45,598 nucleotides of DNA from assembly GCA_027328425.1 (NCBI GenBank), contig DAHVUT010000006.1, forward strand, positions 1 to 45,598, in the 5' to 3' direction. This document shows positions 28,009 to 36,994 of this stretch, piece after piece. The position numbers and the translations under genes were made by a program. Source of the DNA: Candidatus Micrarchaeota archaeon (lineage in GTDB: Archaea; Micrarchaeota; Micrarchaeia; Micrarchaeales; CABMGC01). Each line of letters starts with the position of its first letter. Positions within the stretch are counted from its first letter, which is position 1. Under the pieces are notes generated by a model, which was not told the DNA's origin, searched no databases, and worked only from the letters and a program-made list of their open reading frames with translations.

Positions 28009-28185
28009 AGGATCTGCAAAAGCAGGTTTGCCAGTGCAAGTATAATAATGCCTGCGTGGAAACTGCCGAAGCACCGTGCCTTTTCCTTGACTCACGTCAA
28101 AAAGCAAACCTATTTAATAACGAACCGCCAATAGCTAGATTGCTTTTACGTTTCAGAGATTAGAATACTATTTGTCGGTGGAATT

Positions 28186-28881
28186 GTGTATCCAAACATA
28201 CAAGCTTATGACAGGGGTGTGATGTTCAACCCCGACGGCAGGCTTTTTCAGGTAGAGTACGCTAAGTCGGCAGTGACCAGGGGCGGAGCCGTTGTCGGCA
28301 TGGTGACAAAGGATGGCGTAGCCTTCGTGGCGCACAAGAACGTAGACGACCCGCTTGTCGTGCCATCGAGCATGCAGAAGGTATTCAGGATAGATTCTCA
28401 CATCGGAGCTGCGTACAGCGGAATGGTGGCCGATGGCCTCCACCTGGTTGAGGAGACAAGGTCGGCTGCGCAGAGCCATAGGCTGGTGTACAACGAGGTC
28501 AAGTCGGTAGAGGCTATAGCGAAGTCGCTCTCCTCTACGATGCTTCAGGCAACTTTTTACGGGGGTGTAAGGCCCTATGGCGTGTCGCTCCTGCTCGGCG
28601 GCATAGACAGCGAGAGGAAGCTCTTCGAGGTGGATCCCGCAGGCTCCCTGCTGGGCTACAAAGCAGATTCCATAGGCTCCGGCAAGAAGATAGCAACAGA
28701 CATGCTAAACAAGGAGTACAAGGACACGATAAGCACCGAAGACGCGATAAATCTCGGCATAAAGATACTGAACAAGATAAACGAGGGCAAGCTCACCAAG
28801 GACCGCGTCGACATAGGCTATATAGAGTCGGGCAGCGAGTTCTCGGTGCTTTCAGAGCAGGAGATATTGAAATATTTCTGA
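28186..28881 (+). CDS. psmA: Proteasome subunit alpha
   Basis: YDRGVMFNPDGRLFQVEYA, RPYGVSLL. Confidence 0.95.
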   Translation: MYPNIQAYDRGVMFNPDGRLFQVEYAKSAVTRGGAVVGMVTKDGVAFVAHKNVDDPLVVPSSMQKVFRIDSHIGAAYSGMVADGLHLVEETRSAAQSHRLVYNEVKSVEAIAKSLSSTMLQATFYGGVRPYGVSLLLGGIDSERKLFEVDPAGSLLGYKADSIGSGKKIATDMLNKEYKDTISTEDAINLGIKILNKINEGKLTKDRVDIGYIESGSEFSVLSEQEILKYF

Positions 28882-28898
28882 TTCATTTGTGAGAATTT

Positions 28899-29585
28899 AT
28901 GTCTAAGACAGTGATCGCTAAGTATACTGCGCAGGGAGAAACCTTCGAAATCCTTGTGGATTCTGACAAGGCATACGCCTACATCACAGGCAAGCTTTCC
29001 GACCCTCTCTCAGTACTGGAAGTGGAGGACGTATTCAAGGATGCCAACAAGGGCGACAGGCAGAGCCAGGACAAGCTGAATAAGGTGTTCGGCACCGAGG
29101 ATCTCGGCAAAATAGCTGGCATGATATTGAAGGGAGGCAACGTTCCGCTCACCACTGAGCAGCGCAACAGGATGCTTGAGGAAAAGAGGAAGCAGATATT
29201 GAACATAATAGCGACAAACGCGATAGACCCGAGGACCAACGCGCCGCATCCGGCGCTCAGGATAGAGAACGCGATGAAGGAGGCGAGGGTGAATGTAGAT
29301 CCATTCAAGCCCGCGACGGAGCAGGTGGACACAATAGTAAAGAAGCTGAGCACGCAGCTGCCCCTTAAGTTTGCGATCGTGAAGATGGATGTTACAATAC
29401 CGGTGCAGTACGCGAACAGGTGCTACAGCCTGCTCAAGCAGTACGGGCTCAAATCTGAGAAGTATCTGCAGGACGGCTCGCTCCAGGCGAGCCTCGAGTT
29501 TCCAGCCGGGCTCCAGAGCGAGTTCTTCGACAAGCTCAACGGTGCAACCAAAGGTTCCGCTGTCGCTAATATAACAAGTGTATAG
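28899..29585 (+). CDS. sdo1: Ribosome maturation protein SBDS/Sdo1
   Basis: [31 protein letters not shown]. Confidence 0.93.
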   Translation: MSKTVIAKYTAQGETFEILVDSDKAYAYITGKLSDPLSVLEVEDVFKDANKGDRQSQDKLNKVFGTEDLGKIAGMILKGGNVPLTTEQRNRMLEEKRKQILNIIATNAIDPRTNAPHPALRIENAMKEARVNVDPFKPATEQVDTIVKKLSTQLPLKFAIVKMDVTIPVQYANRCYSLLKQYGLKSEKYLQDGSLQASLEFPAGLQSEFFDKLNGATKGSAVANITSV

Positions 29586-29599
29586 GAAAAGTGTATAGA

Positions 29600-30259
29600 A
29601 TGAGGACAATACTGCCAGGAGACAAGATATCTGACACGCCCCTGCGCGCAGAGAACGCGATAGTCGAGGGCGGCAAGACGTATGCCACTGTCATAGGCAT
29701 GCTCGACGAGACGAAGGGCACCTTCATACCCCTTGAGACTGTATGGTACCCGAGAGAGGGTGACTATGTAATAGGCATAGTGGAGAACTCGAAGAACAGG
29801 GTGTACACTGTATACCTGGAATCGCCTTTCAGGGGCCTCATACTTCCGCCCCCCAGGCCGAGATTCAGGGACATGAGGCACGAGCACACGGAGAGGCAGG
29901 AGGTGCTGCAGATAGGCGATGTGGTCAGCGTATTCGTAAGGGAAGTGAAGCGCGAGGCTGACCAGATAATACTGATACTGGACAGGCCGAGGCGGCTGAT
30001 GGGCGGCAAGCTCGTAGATGTAAGGCCATCCAAGGTGCCCAGGATACTCGGCAGGGCAAACACGATGCTTACCCAGCTGCAGGACATGACTAAGAGCACC
30101 ATACTCGTCGGGCTCAATGGCCTTGTTTGGATAAAGGGAGGCAACGTGCCGCTGGCACAGAAGGCAATCGCGAAGATACAGGACGAGGCGCACGTCAGCG
30201 GGCTGACCGAGCGCATAAAGGAGATGCTTGCAGCAAACAACGGGGCGAATGGTGTTTGA
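29600..30259 (+). CDS. rrp4: Exosome RNA-binding subunit Rrp4
   Basis: YPREGDYVIG S1 domain, KH PSKVPRILG, VGLNGLVWI. Confidence 0.88.
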   Translation: MRTILPGDKISDTPLRAENAIVEGGKTYATVIGMLDETKGTFIPLETVWYPREGDYVIGIVENSKNRVYTVYLESPFRGLILPPPRPRFRDMRHEHTERQEVLQIGDVVSVFVREVKREADQIILILDRPRRLMGGKLVDVRPSKVPRILGRANTMLTQLQDMTKSTILVGLNGLVWIKGGNVPLAQKAIAKIQDEAHVSGLTERIKEMLAANNGANGV

Positions 30260-30260
30260 T

Positions 30261-30980
30261 ATGGGAGGAAGTGGAGAAAAACCGGAATTGATAGTTGACG
30301 GAAGGAGGCTCGACAAGCGGGCCTTCGATGAGCTCAGGCCTATAAAGATAGAGGCGGGCGTGCTGAAGAACGCTGAGGGTTCGGCGTACCTGGAATGGGG
30401 CGACAACAAGATACTCGCAGCTGTGTACGGGCCAAAAGAGGCGCAGCCCAAGCACGTGGCGGACCCTAACAGGGCCATAATAAAATGCAGGTATCAGATG
30501 GCGCCCTTCTCCTCCCTGGAGGAGCACGGCAGGACGGGCCCCAACAGGCGTGCCATAGAGATATCCAAGGTGACTAAGGAAGTGTTCGGGAACGTGATAC
30601 TGCTCGAGCAGTTCCCTGGATCCGAGATAGACATATTCGTGGAGGTGCTGCAGAGCGACGGGGGCACGAGGGCGGCTGGCATAACGGCCGCGGCCGTGGC
30701 CCTGGCGAGCAGCGGCATACCGATGCGTGACATACCCTATGCGGTCTCGGCAGGCAGGGTGGGTGAGCACATGGTGCTCGACGTCAACAAGATAGAGGAC
30801 AACTACTCCGATGCTGACATGCCCGTGGCCATAGCGCCTAGGAACGACGAGATACTGCTGCTGCAGATGGACGGTTCGCTCACTAAGGAGCAGATCTCCG
30901 AAGGCCTGGCCATGGTGCGCAAGGCAGGGGAGACCATAGTCAGGGTCCAGCGCGAGGCGCTGGAGGCCAAATACAGGTGA
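30261..30980 (+). CDS. rrp41: Exosome exonuclease Rrp41
   Basis: RLD.R..DELRP, GSAYLEWG, YGP.E, LQSDGGTR. Confidence 0.95.
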   Translation: MGGSGEKPELIVDGRRLDKRAFDELRPIKIEAGVLKNAEGSAYLEWGDNKILAAVYGPKEAQPKHVADPNRAIIKCRYQMAPFSSLEEHGRTGPNRRAIEISKVTKEVFGNVILLEQFPGSEIDIFVEVLQSDGGTRAAGITAAAVALASSGIPMRDIPYAVSAGRVGEHMVLDVNKIEDNYSDADMPVAIAPRNDEILLLQMDGSLTKEQISEGLAMVRKAGETIVRVQREALEAKYR

Positions 30981-31765
30981 TTGTGATGCAAGATGAAAAC
31001 AGGGAATACATGCTCGAACTCCTGGGCAAGGGCTCAAGGGAGCAGGAGCGTGGGCAGTTCGACTACAGGGAGATAAGGATAAAGAAAGGCGTGGTACCAC
31101 ACGCTGAGGGTTCGGCGCAGGTCGACCTTGGCTCGACCAAGGTGCTCGCGGGCGTCAAGCTGGTCGTAGGCACGCCGATGCAGGATAAGCCGAACGAAGG
31201 CGCCCTCGCCACTTCGGCGGAGCTGCTTCCGCTTGCGTCCCCAGAGTACGAGATGGGGCCGCCGAGCCCCGAGGCGATAGAGCTCGCCAGGGTGGTCGAC
31301 AGAGGCATAAGGGCCGCGGAGGTGGTGGACATGGATGCGCTCTTCATAGAGAAGGACAAGGTGTGGAACATATACACGGACATCTACATACTCAACTACG
31401 ATGGCAACCTCTTCGATGCGTCTACGCTGGCGGCCACGACAGCGCTGCTAAGTGCGCGCATGCCGAGACTCGAGGGCGATGAAGTTATAAGGGAAGGCGC
31501 ACTGGAAAAGCTCAAGACCAAGAATATAGTGAGCTCATGCACGTTCGCAAAGCTGAAGGCCAAGCTGCTCCTAGATTCGAACGCGGCTGAGGAGAGCATA
31601 ATGGATGCGAGGGTCACGATAGCCAACGACGAGCGCGTGGTGCGCGCGATGCAGAAGGGCCTGAGCGGCTCAATCTCGTTCAAGGACCTCGAGCAGATGG
31701 AGGATGTGGCCTTCGAGAAGTCGAAAGAGCTAAGAAGCAGCATTGCCAAGGCACTGGGTGAATGA
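30977..31765 (+). CDS. rrp42: Exosome subunit Rrp42
   Basis: AEGSA.V.LG.T, ELARVVDRGIR, YDGNLFDA. Confidence 0.93.
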   Translation: MIVMQDENREYMLELLGKGSREQERGQFDYREIRIKKGVVPHAEGSAQVDLGSTKVLAGVKLVVGTPMQDKPNEGALATSAELLPLASPEYEMGPPSPEAIELARVVDRGIRAAEVVDMDALFIEKDKVWNIYTDIYILNYDGNLFDASTLAATTALLSARMPRLEGDEVIREGALEKLKTKNIVSSCTFAKLKAKLLLDSNAAEESIMDARVTIANDERVVRAMQKGLSGSISFKDLEQMEDVAFEKSKELRSSIAKALGE

Positions 31766-31766
31766 G

Positions 31767-32009
31767 ATGGCGAACTGGAGCATACGATATGGGGCAAGCC
31801 TCAGGAAGAGATACGGTGCGGTGCAGGTGCAGAAGAAGGCACTATACATGTGCGACGTCTGCGGCAAGGAGGCCGTAAAGAGGATAGGCACGGGTATGTG
31901 GAAATGCAGGCACTGCGGCGCTGTCTTCGCCGGCGGGGCTTACACGCTCAAGACGGAGCCCGGCAAGACGCTGGAGCGCATGATGCAATCGGGCAAGGCG
32001 GGCGCATGA
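31767..32009 (+). CDS. rpl37ae: 50S ribosomal protein L37Ae (eL43)
   Basis: RYGASLRK, CDVC..KRIGTGMWKCRHC, FAGGAY. Confidence 0.93.
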   Translation: MANWSIRYGASLRKRYGAVQVQKKALYMCDVCGKEAVKRIGTGMWKCRHCGAVFAGGAYTLKTEPGKTLERMMQSGKAGA

Positions 32010-32371
32010 CCAAGATAGTATTCTCTCCGGCCCAGGAACTCGTGGTGCACGAGGTGGTCGAGGTGAGCAGGGACGACCTGCTGCTAGAGCGCATAACGCC
32101 CAACGGCAACATGCCGCTCTACTGGTGCAGCGGCCTGCTCTTCAGCTTCTCGTCGGTGCCCATGACAGAGGAGGTGGTGAAAGAGTACCTTAAGGGCAGG
32201 ATACACTGGCTAGAGGTGCACTACACTAGGATGGAGAAGTACACGCCGCTCATAACATTCGAGTCTCCGGAATACAAGTCAACTATGAATGTCAAGGTCA
32301 TAGACACGAGCTTCTCAGAGATGCACACCGAGTTCGTGAAGTGGCTGAAGGACAAGGCGAAGATAAAATAG
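32006..32371 (+). CDS. Hypothetical protein (121 aa) in exosome operon
   Basis: ATGA overlap with the rpl37ae stop; contains LYWCSG. Confidence 0.7.
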   Translation: MTKIVFSPAQELVVHEVVEVSRDDLLLERITPNGNMPLYWCSGLLFSFSSVPMTEEVVKEYLKGRIHWLEVHYTRMEKYTPLITFESPEYKSTMNVKVIDTSFSEMHTEFVKWLKDKAKIK

Positions 32372-32380
32372 GGTTATGCT

Positions 32381-32515
32381 ATGCCATATGTTTGTTTGCA
32401 CTGCAGGAAGGAAGTGAAGGCTCTGGAGAAAAATTTCATAAGGTGCCCGTACTGCGGCTACAGGGTGCTCTCCAAAAAGAGGAGTACGCTTGCCAAGGAG
32501 GTATCGAGCAGCTAG
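32381..32515 (+). CDS. rpoP: RNA polymerase subunit P (Rpo12); absent from ORF track
   Basis: Hand translation MPYVCLHCRKEV..IRCPYCGYRVLSKKR; conserved position after rpl37ae. Confidence 0.9.
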   Translation: MPYVCLHCRKEVKALEKNFIRCPYCGYRVLSKKRSTLAKEVSSS

Positions 32516-32519
32516 CAAG

Positions 32520-32753
32520 CTAGTTCTTCAGCAGTACTGCCTTGCCTACTTCCCTGACGCGCTTGTACTCAATGCTGTTCTTGAACAGGCCCTTTATCAC
32601 TTCACCAGGCTCCGAGGCGTTTATCTTGCCCAGGAGCAGATGGGATACGCTCCTCTGCTCGAGGTCTATTACCACCTCGCCCACCTCGCCGAGCCACCTC
32701 CCGGTGCCTGACATTATCTTCTTGCCGTAAAGCGACGATACGGTAACGGTCAT
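32520..32753 (-). CDS. Stand-alone PRC-barrel protein (CdpB-like)
   Basis: SSLYGKKI..GRWLGEV..VVID, Y.RVREVG..VLL. Confidence 0.8.
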   Translation of the reverse strand: MTVTVSSLYGKKIMSGTGRWLGEVGEVVIDLEQRSVSHLLLGKINASEPGEVIKGLFKNSIEYKRVREVGKAVLLKN

Positions 32754-33310
32754 CGGCTCTCGCCTATTTTCAGTCTCTTCATCTTTTTGGAAGCGAATAT
32801 TCTTATTACGTTCTCCTGCAGCGCCTCGACGAAAGCGGCCTCGTTAGCCTTGAGCTCGGCAAGCTCCGTCCTGTCGAAGAGATCGCCTTTCCTCGCTACT
32901 ATGCGCCTCAGGTACGTGTCGCCGAGCTGGTAGTACTTGGCTCTGCACGAGTGGCAGACGAAGACGGGCACCACCGGCGCGGCGTCTATGCCTTCGGGAG
33001 AGCCAGCATCGAGCTCGCGCCCTATGCTGTGCGACCCGCACGCATCGCACATGGCGTCCACCCTGACCCCCTCGTACTTCTTCGTCTCGGTCACGCGGAT
33101 CTCCTCGCTCGCCAGGTGCTCGGAGAGCGCTGCCTCAGCGTCATTTGTTTCGGACAGTACCTGTTCCAGCACCTCGCCTTCGCCAGTGAGCTCTGTTATA
33201 AGCGTGCCTTTTCGTGTCGGTTCGGCGATGCAGTACGCGCTTCCGTGCCCACTATCGTAAAAATCGGTGCGTATGCGCCCGTCGCCGCTCCTGCGCGCCT
33301 CAAGTGTCAT
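32750..33310 (-). CDS. Hypothetical protein with Zn ribbon
   Basis: CDAC..CHSC; overlaps both neighbours in the same direction. Confidence 0.65.
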   Translation of the reverse strand: MTLEARRSGDGRIRTDFYDSGHGSAYCIAEPTRKGTLITELTGEGEVLEQVLSETNDAEAALSEHLASEEIRVTETKKYEGVRVDAMCDACGSHSIGRELDAGSPEGIDAAPVVPVFVCHSCRAKYYQLGDTYLRRIVARKGDLFDRTELAELKANEAAFVEALQENVIRIFASKKMKRLKIGESR

Positions 33311-33521
33311 CCAACCCGGCCTTCAGTACGTATTCCTGTATGTCCTCCTTGGTTATCTTGTCGCCCTTCCTCCTCCTTGAGTTCAGCACCGCGAACCTGG
33401 ATATGCGCTTTGCCCTGCCCTCCAGCATCTTGGCCAGCGCCCGGGCAGCATCGTCCGTGATGTGCAAGCCGAACTCCTTGTTCACAATCCTCTTTATGCT
33501 TTCGGCAGGTATGTTTGCCAT
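33300..33521 (-). CDS. Archaeal histone (HMf-like fold)
   Basis: IP..SIKRIV, ITDDA..AL, AV....KITKEDI. Confidence 0.82.
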   Translation of the reverse strand: MANIPAESIKRIVNKEFGLHITDDAARALAKMLEGRAKRISRFAVLNSRRRKGDKITKEDIQEYVLKAGLDDT

Positions 33522-33529
33522 TCACGCGC

Positions 33530-33590
33530 CCATTTCAGCACTCAAGATCCACATCATCTCGCAATCAGGACTTGGGTTCATCACTGCGTT
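33530..33590 (-). ncRNA. Box C/D guide sRNA; predicted target C34 of tRNA-Leu(CAA)
   Basis: Minus strand: GTGATGA (C) ACCCAAGTC CTGA (D') TTGCGAG ATGATG (C') TGGATCTTGAGTG CTGA (D). Confidence 0.82.
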
Positions 33591-33608
33591 GATTCTGTGC
33601 GGCAAGAC

Positions 33609-33616
33609 TTATATAT
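33609..33616. promoter_or_regulatory. Likely bidirectional TATA box for sRNA-histone (minus) and thioredoxin (plus)
   Basis: TTATATAT about 24 nt from the C box and 30 nt from the trxA ATG. Confidence 0.5.
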
Positions 33617-33645
33617 TCATAGAGCCATAATGCTTGTTCGTGGTT

Positions 33646-33966
33646 ATGATGACGTCAGACGTGACAAGCCAAAATTTCGAAGCAGAGGTGCTCAAGTCCA
33701 AGATGCCCGTTGTGGTTGATTTCTGGGCCGAATGGTGCGGTCCGTGCAAGATGTTCAGCCCTGTGCTCGACGAGGTGTCAAAGGAGTACGGCACGAAGGT
33801 GAAGTTCGTCAAGCTAAACACTGACGAGAACACCAGCATTGCCCAGGAGTACGGTATAATGAGCATACCAACGACGCTGCTCTTTGAGGGTGGCGAGGTC
33901 AAGGCCATGTCAGTGGGTGCCATACCCAAGGCAGAGTTCAAGAAGTGGCTCGACAGCAACGTGTGA
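33646..33966 (+). CDS. trxA: Thioredoxin
   Basis: VDFWAEWCGPCK, SIPT. Confidence 0.95.
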   Translation: MMTSDVTSQNFEAEVLKSKMPVVVDFWAEWCGPCKMFSPVLDEVSKEYGTKVKFVKLNTDENTSIAQEYGIMSIPTTLLFEGGEVKAMSVGAIPKAEFKKWLDSNV

Positions 33967-34026
33967 GCAGAACAGCCTTTCGGTAACCCTTTAATTTGCT
34001 AACTTGCAAGCTTATTCAGTGGTGTC

Positions 34027-35304
34027 TTGGCCATCGAAGTGCCGCGCGGAGTGAGGGACCTTTCCCCAGCCGAGGCGATATCGCTAAGGTACATAGTGGG
34101 TGTGGTTGAAGAAGTATACAAGAGGTTCGGGTTTGCCCCTCTGGAGACTCCGGCTGTGGAGAGCACAAGCGTGCTCACCGCGAAGGCATACGGCGACGAT
34201 TCGAGCAAGGAGATATATGTGCTCAACGACGAGCAGACCGGCCTTAGGTATGATTTCACTGTGCCGCTGGCAAGGTACGTGGCAAGCAACAAGGACATGG
34301 CGCTGCCCTTCAAGAGGTACCAGATAGGCACAATCTGGCGCAAGGAGGAGCCGCAGAGGATGAGGAACAGGGAGTTCTTCCAAGCTGATGTTGACATAGT
34401 CGGCAGCTCTGATCCGTCGAGCGACGCAGAGGCAATCGCGGCGAACGCGATAGCGCTGGAGGAGCTCGGTCTTGATGATTATGTGCTGCTGCTGAACAGC
34501 AGGAAGTTGCAGGAGCTTGTGCTCGCCTATTTCAAGGCGCCACAAGCAAAGGTCACGGCTGCACTGCGCGCCATAGACAAGCTCCAGAAGATAGGCAAGG
34601 AAGAGGTAGCAAGGCTTCTCATGTCGGACGCGGGAATGGACGCGAAAGCAGCTCAGGAGTTGCTTGGCTTCCTGGAGCAGGAAGGAACCAACGAGGAGAA
34701 GCTTGACAGGGTGGCCGCAAACATAACTGGCGCGAATGAGGAGGTAGAGAAGATGCGCAGCCTGCTTGCGCTGCTCGCCGAGTACAAGCTCAACGGCAGG
34801 GTGGTCACAGACTTCTCACTCGCAAGAGGCCTGGCATATTATACGGGCTTCGTATGGGAGTTCACCGTGTTCGAGAACGGCAAACGCCTGCCCGCGATCT
34901 GCGGGGGTGGCAGGTACGACAACCTAATAGGCATATACTCCGGCAAGCAGGTGCCGGCGACCGGTACTTCATTGGGAATAACAAGGGTGTTCGACCTTAT
35001 AGGCCGGAGGAATGCAGGAGCGAGCACCTACGCGAAGGTATTCATAGCATACATAGGCGAGCAGAACGGCGCTTACGCTGTCAATGCGGCCACTATGCTG
35101 CGCGGCAACGGCGTATACACCGACATAAACACCACGGGCAGGAACCTATCGAAGCAGCTCGAGTACGCATCGTCGCTCGGCATAGGCAGGGTGCTCATAA
35201 TCGGTGACAAAGAGCGCGAGGCGAACAAGGTAAGGCTGAGGGACATGTCGAGCGGCACCGAGGAGTTAATTAGCCTTCAGGAGGCAGTAGAGAAGCTGAG
35301 ATGA
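34027..35304 (+). CDS. hisS: Histidine--tRNA ligase
   Basis: PRGVRD, LRYDFTVPLAR, REFFQADVD, RGLAYYTG, GGGRYDNL. Confidence 0.96.
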   Translation: MAIEVPRGVRDLSPAEAISLRYIVGVVEEVYKRFGFAPLETPAVESTSVLTAKAYGDDSSKEIYVLNDEQTGLRYDFTVPLARYVASNKDMALPFKRYQIGTIWRKEEPQRMRNREFFQADVDIVGSSDPSSDAEAIAANAIALEELGLDDYVLLLNSRKLQELVLAYFKAPQAKVTAALRAIDKLQKIGKEEVARLLMSDAGMDAKAAQELLGFLEQEGTNEEKLDRVAANITGANEEVEKMRSLLALLAEYKLNGRVVTDFSLARGLAYYTGFVWEFTVFENGKRLPAICGGGRYDNLIGIYSGKQVPATGTSLGITRVFDLIGRRNAGASTYAKVFIAYIGEQNGAYAVNAATMLRGNGVYTDINTTGRNLSKQLEYASSLGIGRVLIIGDKEREANKVRLRDMSSGTEELISLQEAVEKLR

Positions 35305-35308
35305 TTGA

Positions 35309-35827
35309 TTGGCGAATGAAGGCAAGAAGGAGCTCGAGGAACTTACGCACATCACCGTCGAGAAGGGAGGCCTGCTCGTCAAGCTCTACTTTGACATGGA
35401 GAGCGAGAAGGAGGAAGAACTGCAGCCGCTGATGGTGGACCTGATAAACAACAGGCTGCTCAAGTCTCAAGGAGTGGTGTACTGCTCCGGGGCCATAGAC
35501 CAGCCGATGAAGGTCAAGGACACTTTCTCTACGAGCGCAGAGGTGACTGCGCTCTTCGACAGCCTCTGGCCCCTGGTCAACGTGATGTTCAACTTCTCCC
35601 CGGCCGCGGTCGAGGTGCTGAGGCCGTCCAAGGACTACCTGCTGAAGCAGACAGAGTTGCAGGCTCTGCTGCTCAATGTGGCCCAGGTATCAATGGAGTA
35701 CAACAACTATGTGCTCAGCAGGGTGCTCAAGCCTGAGGACATGGAGAAGATAAAGGAGCAGACCAGGCGCAGGGAAGAGCTTGGCAGGAAACTGATGGAG
35801 AAGAAGGAGGATAAGAGTCAGCAGTAG
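35309..35827 (+). CDS. Hypothetical protein coupled to hisS
   Basis: 172 aa, 4 nt after hisS, native-looking codon usage. Confidence 0.7.
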   Translation: MANEGKKELEELTHITVEKGGLLVKLYFDMESEKEEELQPLMVDLINNRLLKSQGVVYCSGAIDQPMKVKDTFSTSAEVTALFDSLWPLVNVMFNFSPAAVEVLRPSKDYLLKQTELQALLLNVAQVSMEYNNYVLSRVLKPEDMEKIKEQTRRREELGRKLMEKKEDKSQQ

Positions 35828-35833
35828 CGCCTT

Positions 35834-36955
35834 TCACTCCGCAGCCCTCCTCAGGAAGAATCGCTTAAGCATCAGGCCCGGCCTGTCCATGTCGCCGTAT
35901 GCGGACAGGAAGCCCTCGGCCCCTAGCGTCTTCAGTGTGTTCATGACGAACTCCAAGTGCCCCGCCCCGAGCCTCGAATAAATGCAGCTCACGAGCGCGT
36001 GAAGCTTGAGATCCGTGCCGTAGCCTTTATTGAAAAGCATCCTGTACTCCTCCAGGCTCGCACCTTCGCGTTCGTGCCTAACCACAGTCCGTGCCGCGAG
36101 CATCGCTGCACCTCCCCCGAAAACTATGCCGCCACCTGTCGTTGGCTTGACCTGCCCCGCAGCGTCGCCCACTAGCAATACCCGTTTCTTTGCGTCTACC
36201 ACGCGTCTTGCGGTCTGCATGGGTATCATGCTTGCATAGCCGTCGAGTCGTGCGGCTCCATTAAGTACGCCTGCAACGTACTTCATCTTCAGGAATCTCT
36301 CGAACGCAGCCCTGCTGTTCCCGTGTCCCGGCCCTATGCCTATGCCCGCCTCCACCACGTGTTCGGAGTTCGGGCAGAGCCATGCGAAGAACTCTGGCGC
36401 TACCGCATTGTCGAAGAAGAGATCCACCGACTTCGTGTCGTTCGGCGCTACCTCAAACTCAGCCTTGTACGTGAGCGTGTATTTGGTTATGCCGCCCATG
36501 CCGAAGTGCTTCGCGACCCCGGATACGGCTCCATCTGCGCCTATTATTATACCGCCCGCGTGCATGGCGTCGAGCCTGTCGGCATCTATGTTGGTGCCTG
36601 TGATAACCTCTGCGCCTTTCGATGCCGCCTGCTCGTAGCACAGTCTGTTCAGCCTTTCTCGGTCGAGCACGTGCGCCTGCGGCTTCTTGGCCATTATGCG
36701 CATGCTGGAATCGCCCACGTGTACGTTCGCTCCGTACAGCGTGTTCGTAATCGCCTGTTTGTAGGGTATGCCCAGCGTCTCCAGCCCCTTTATCGAGACT
36801 ATGCCGCTCGCCCTTGGCGGGTATCCCAGGCGCCTCTTCTGGTCATAAACGCGCGTCTCTATCCCTGCAGAAGCGATATCCCTGGCCGCTATCAGGCCGG
36901 ACGTGCCTGCGCCTACCACGTGTACTTTATACGCCATCAAATCCTGAAGATACAC
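35834..36955 (-). CDS. Geranylgeranyl reductase family FAD oxidoreductase
   Basis: VVGAGTSG, IGADG, FAWLCP, LVGDAAGQVKPTTGGGI. Confidence 0.88.
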   Translation of the reverse strand: MYLQDLMAYKVHVVGAGTSGLIAARDIASAGIETRVYDQKRRLGYPPRASGIVSIKGLETLGIPYKQAITNTLYGANVHVGDSSMRIMAKKPQAHVLDRERLNRLCYEQAASKGAEVITGTNIDADRLDAMHAGGIIIGADGAVSGVAKHFGMGGITKYTLTYKAEFEVAPNDTKSVDLFFDNAVAPEFFAWLCPNSEHVVEAGIGIGPGHGNSRAAFERFLKMKYVAGVLNGAARLDGYASMIPMQTARRVVDAKKRVLLVGDAAGQVKPTTGGGIVFGGGAAMLAARTVVRHEREGASLEEYRMLFNKGYGTDLKLHALVSCIYSRLGAGHLEFVMNTLKTLGAEGFLSAYGDMDRPGLMLKRFFLRRAAE

Positions 36956-36994
36956 TTTGCTTATTAATGCTTATTATTCATATACCATCCGACT

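Noticed and set aside
33539-33580. Plus-strand tRNA-like words CTCAAGA and GGGTTCA
   Set aside because: No cloverleaf; they are the complements of the C/D sRNA guides.
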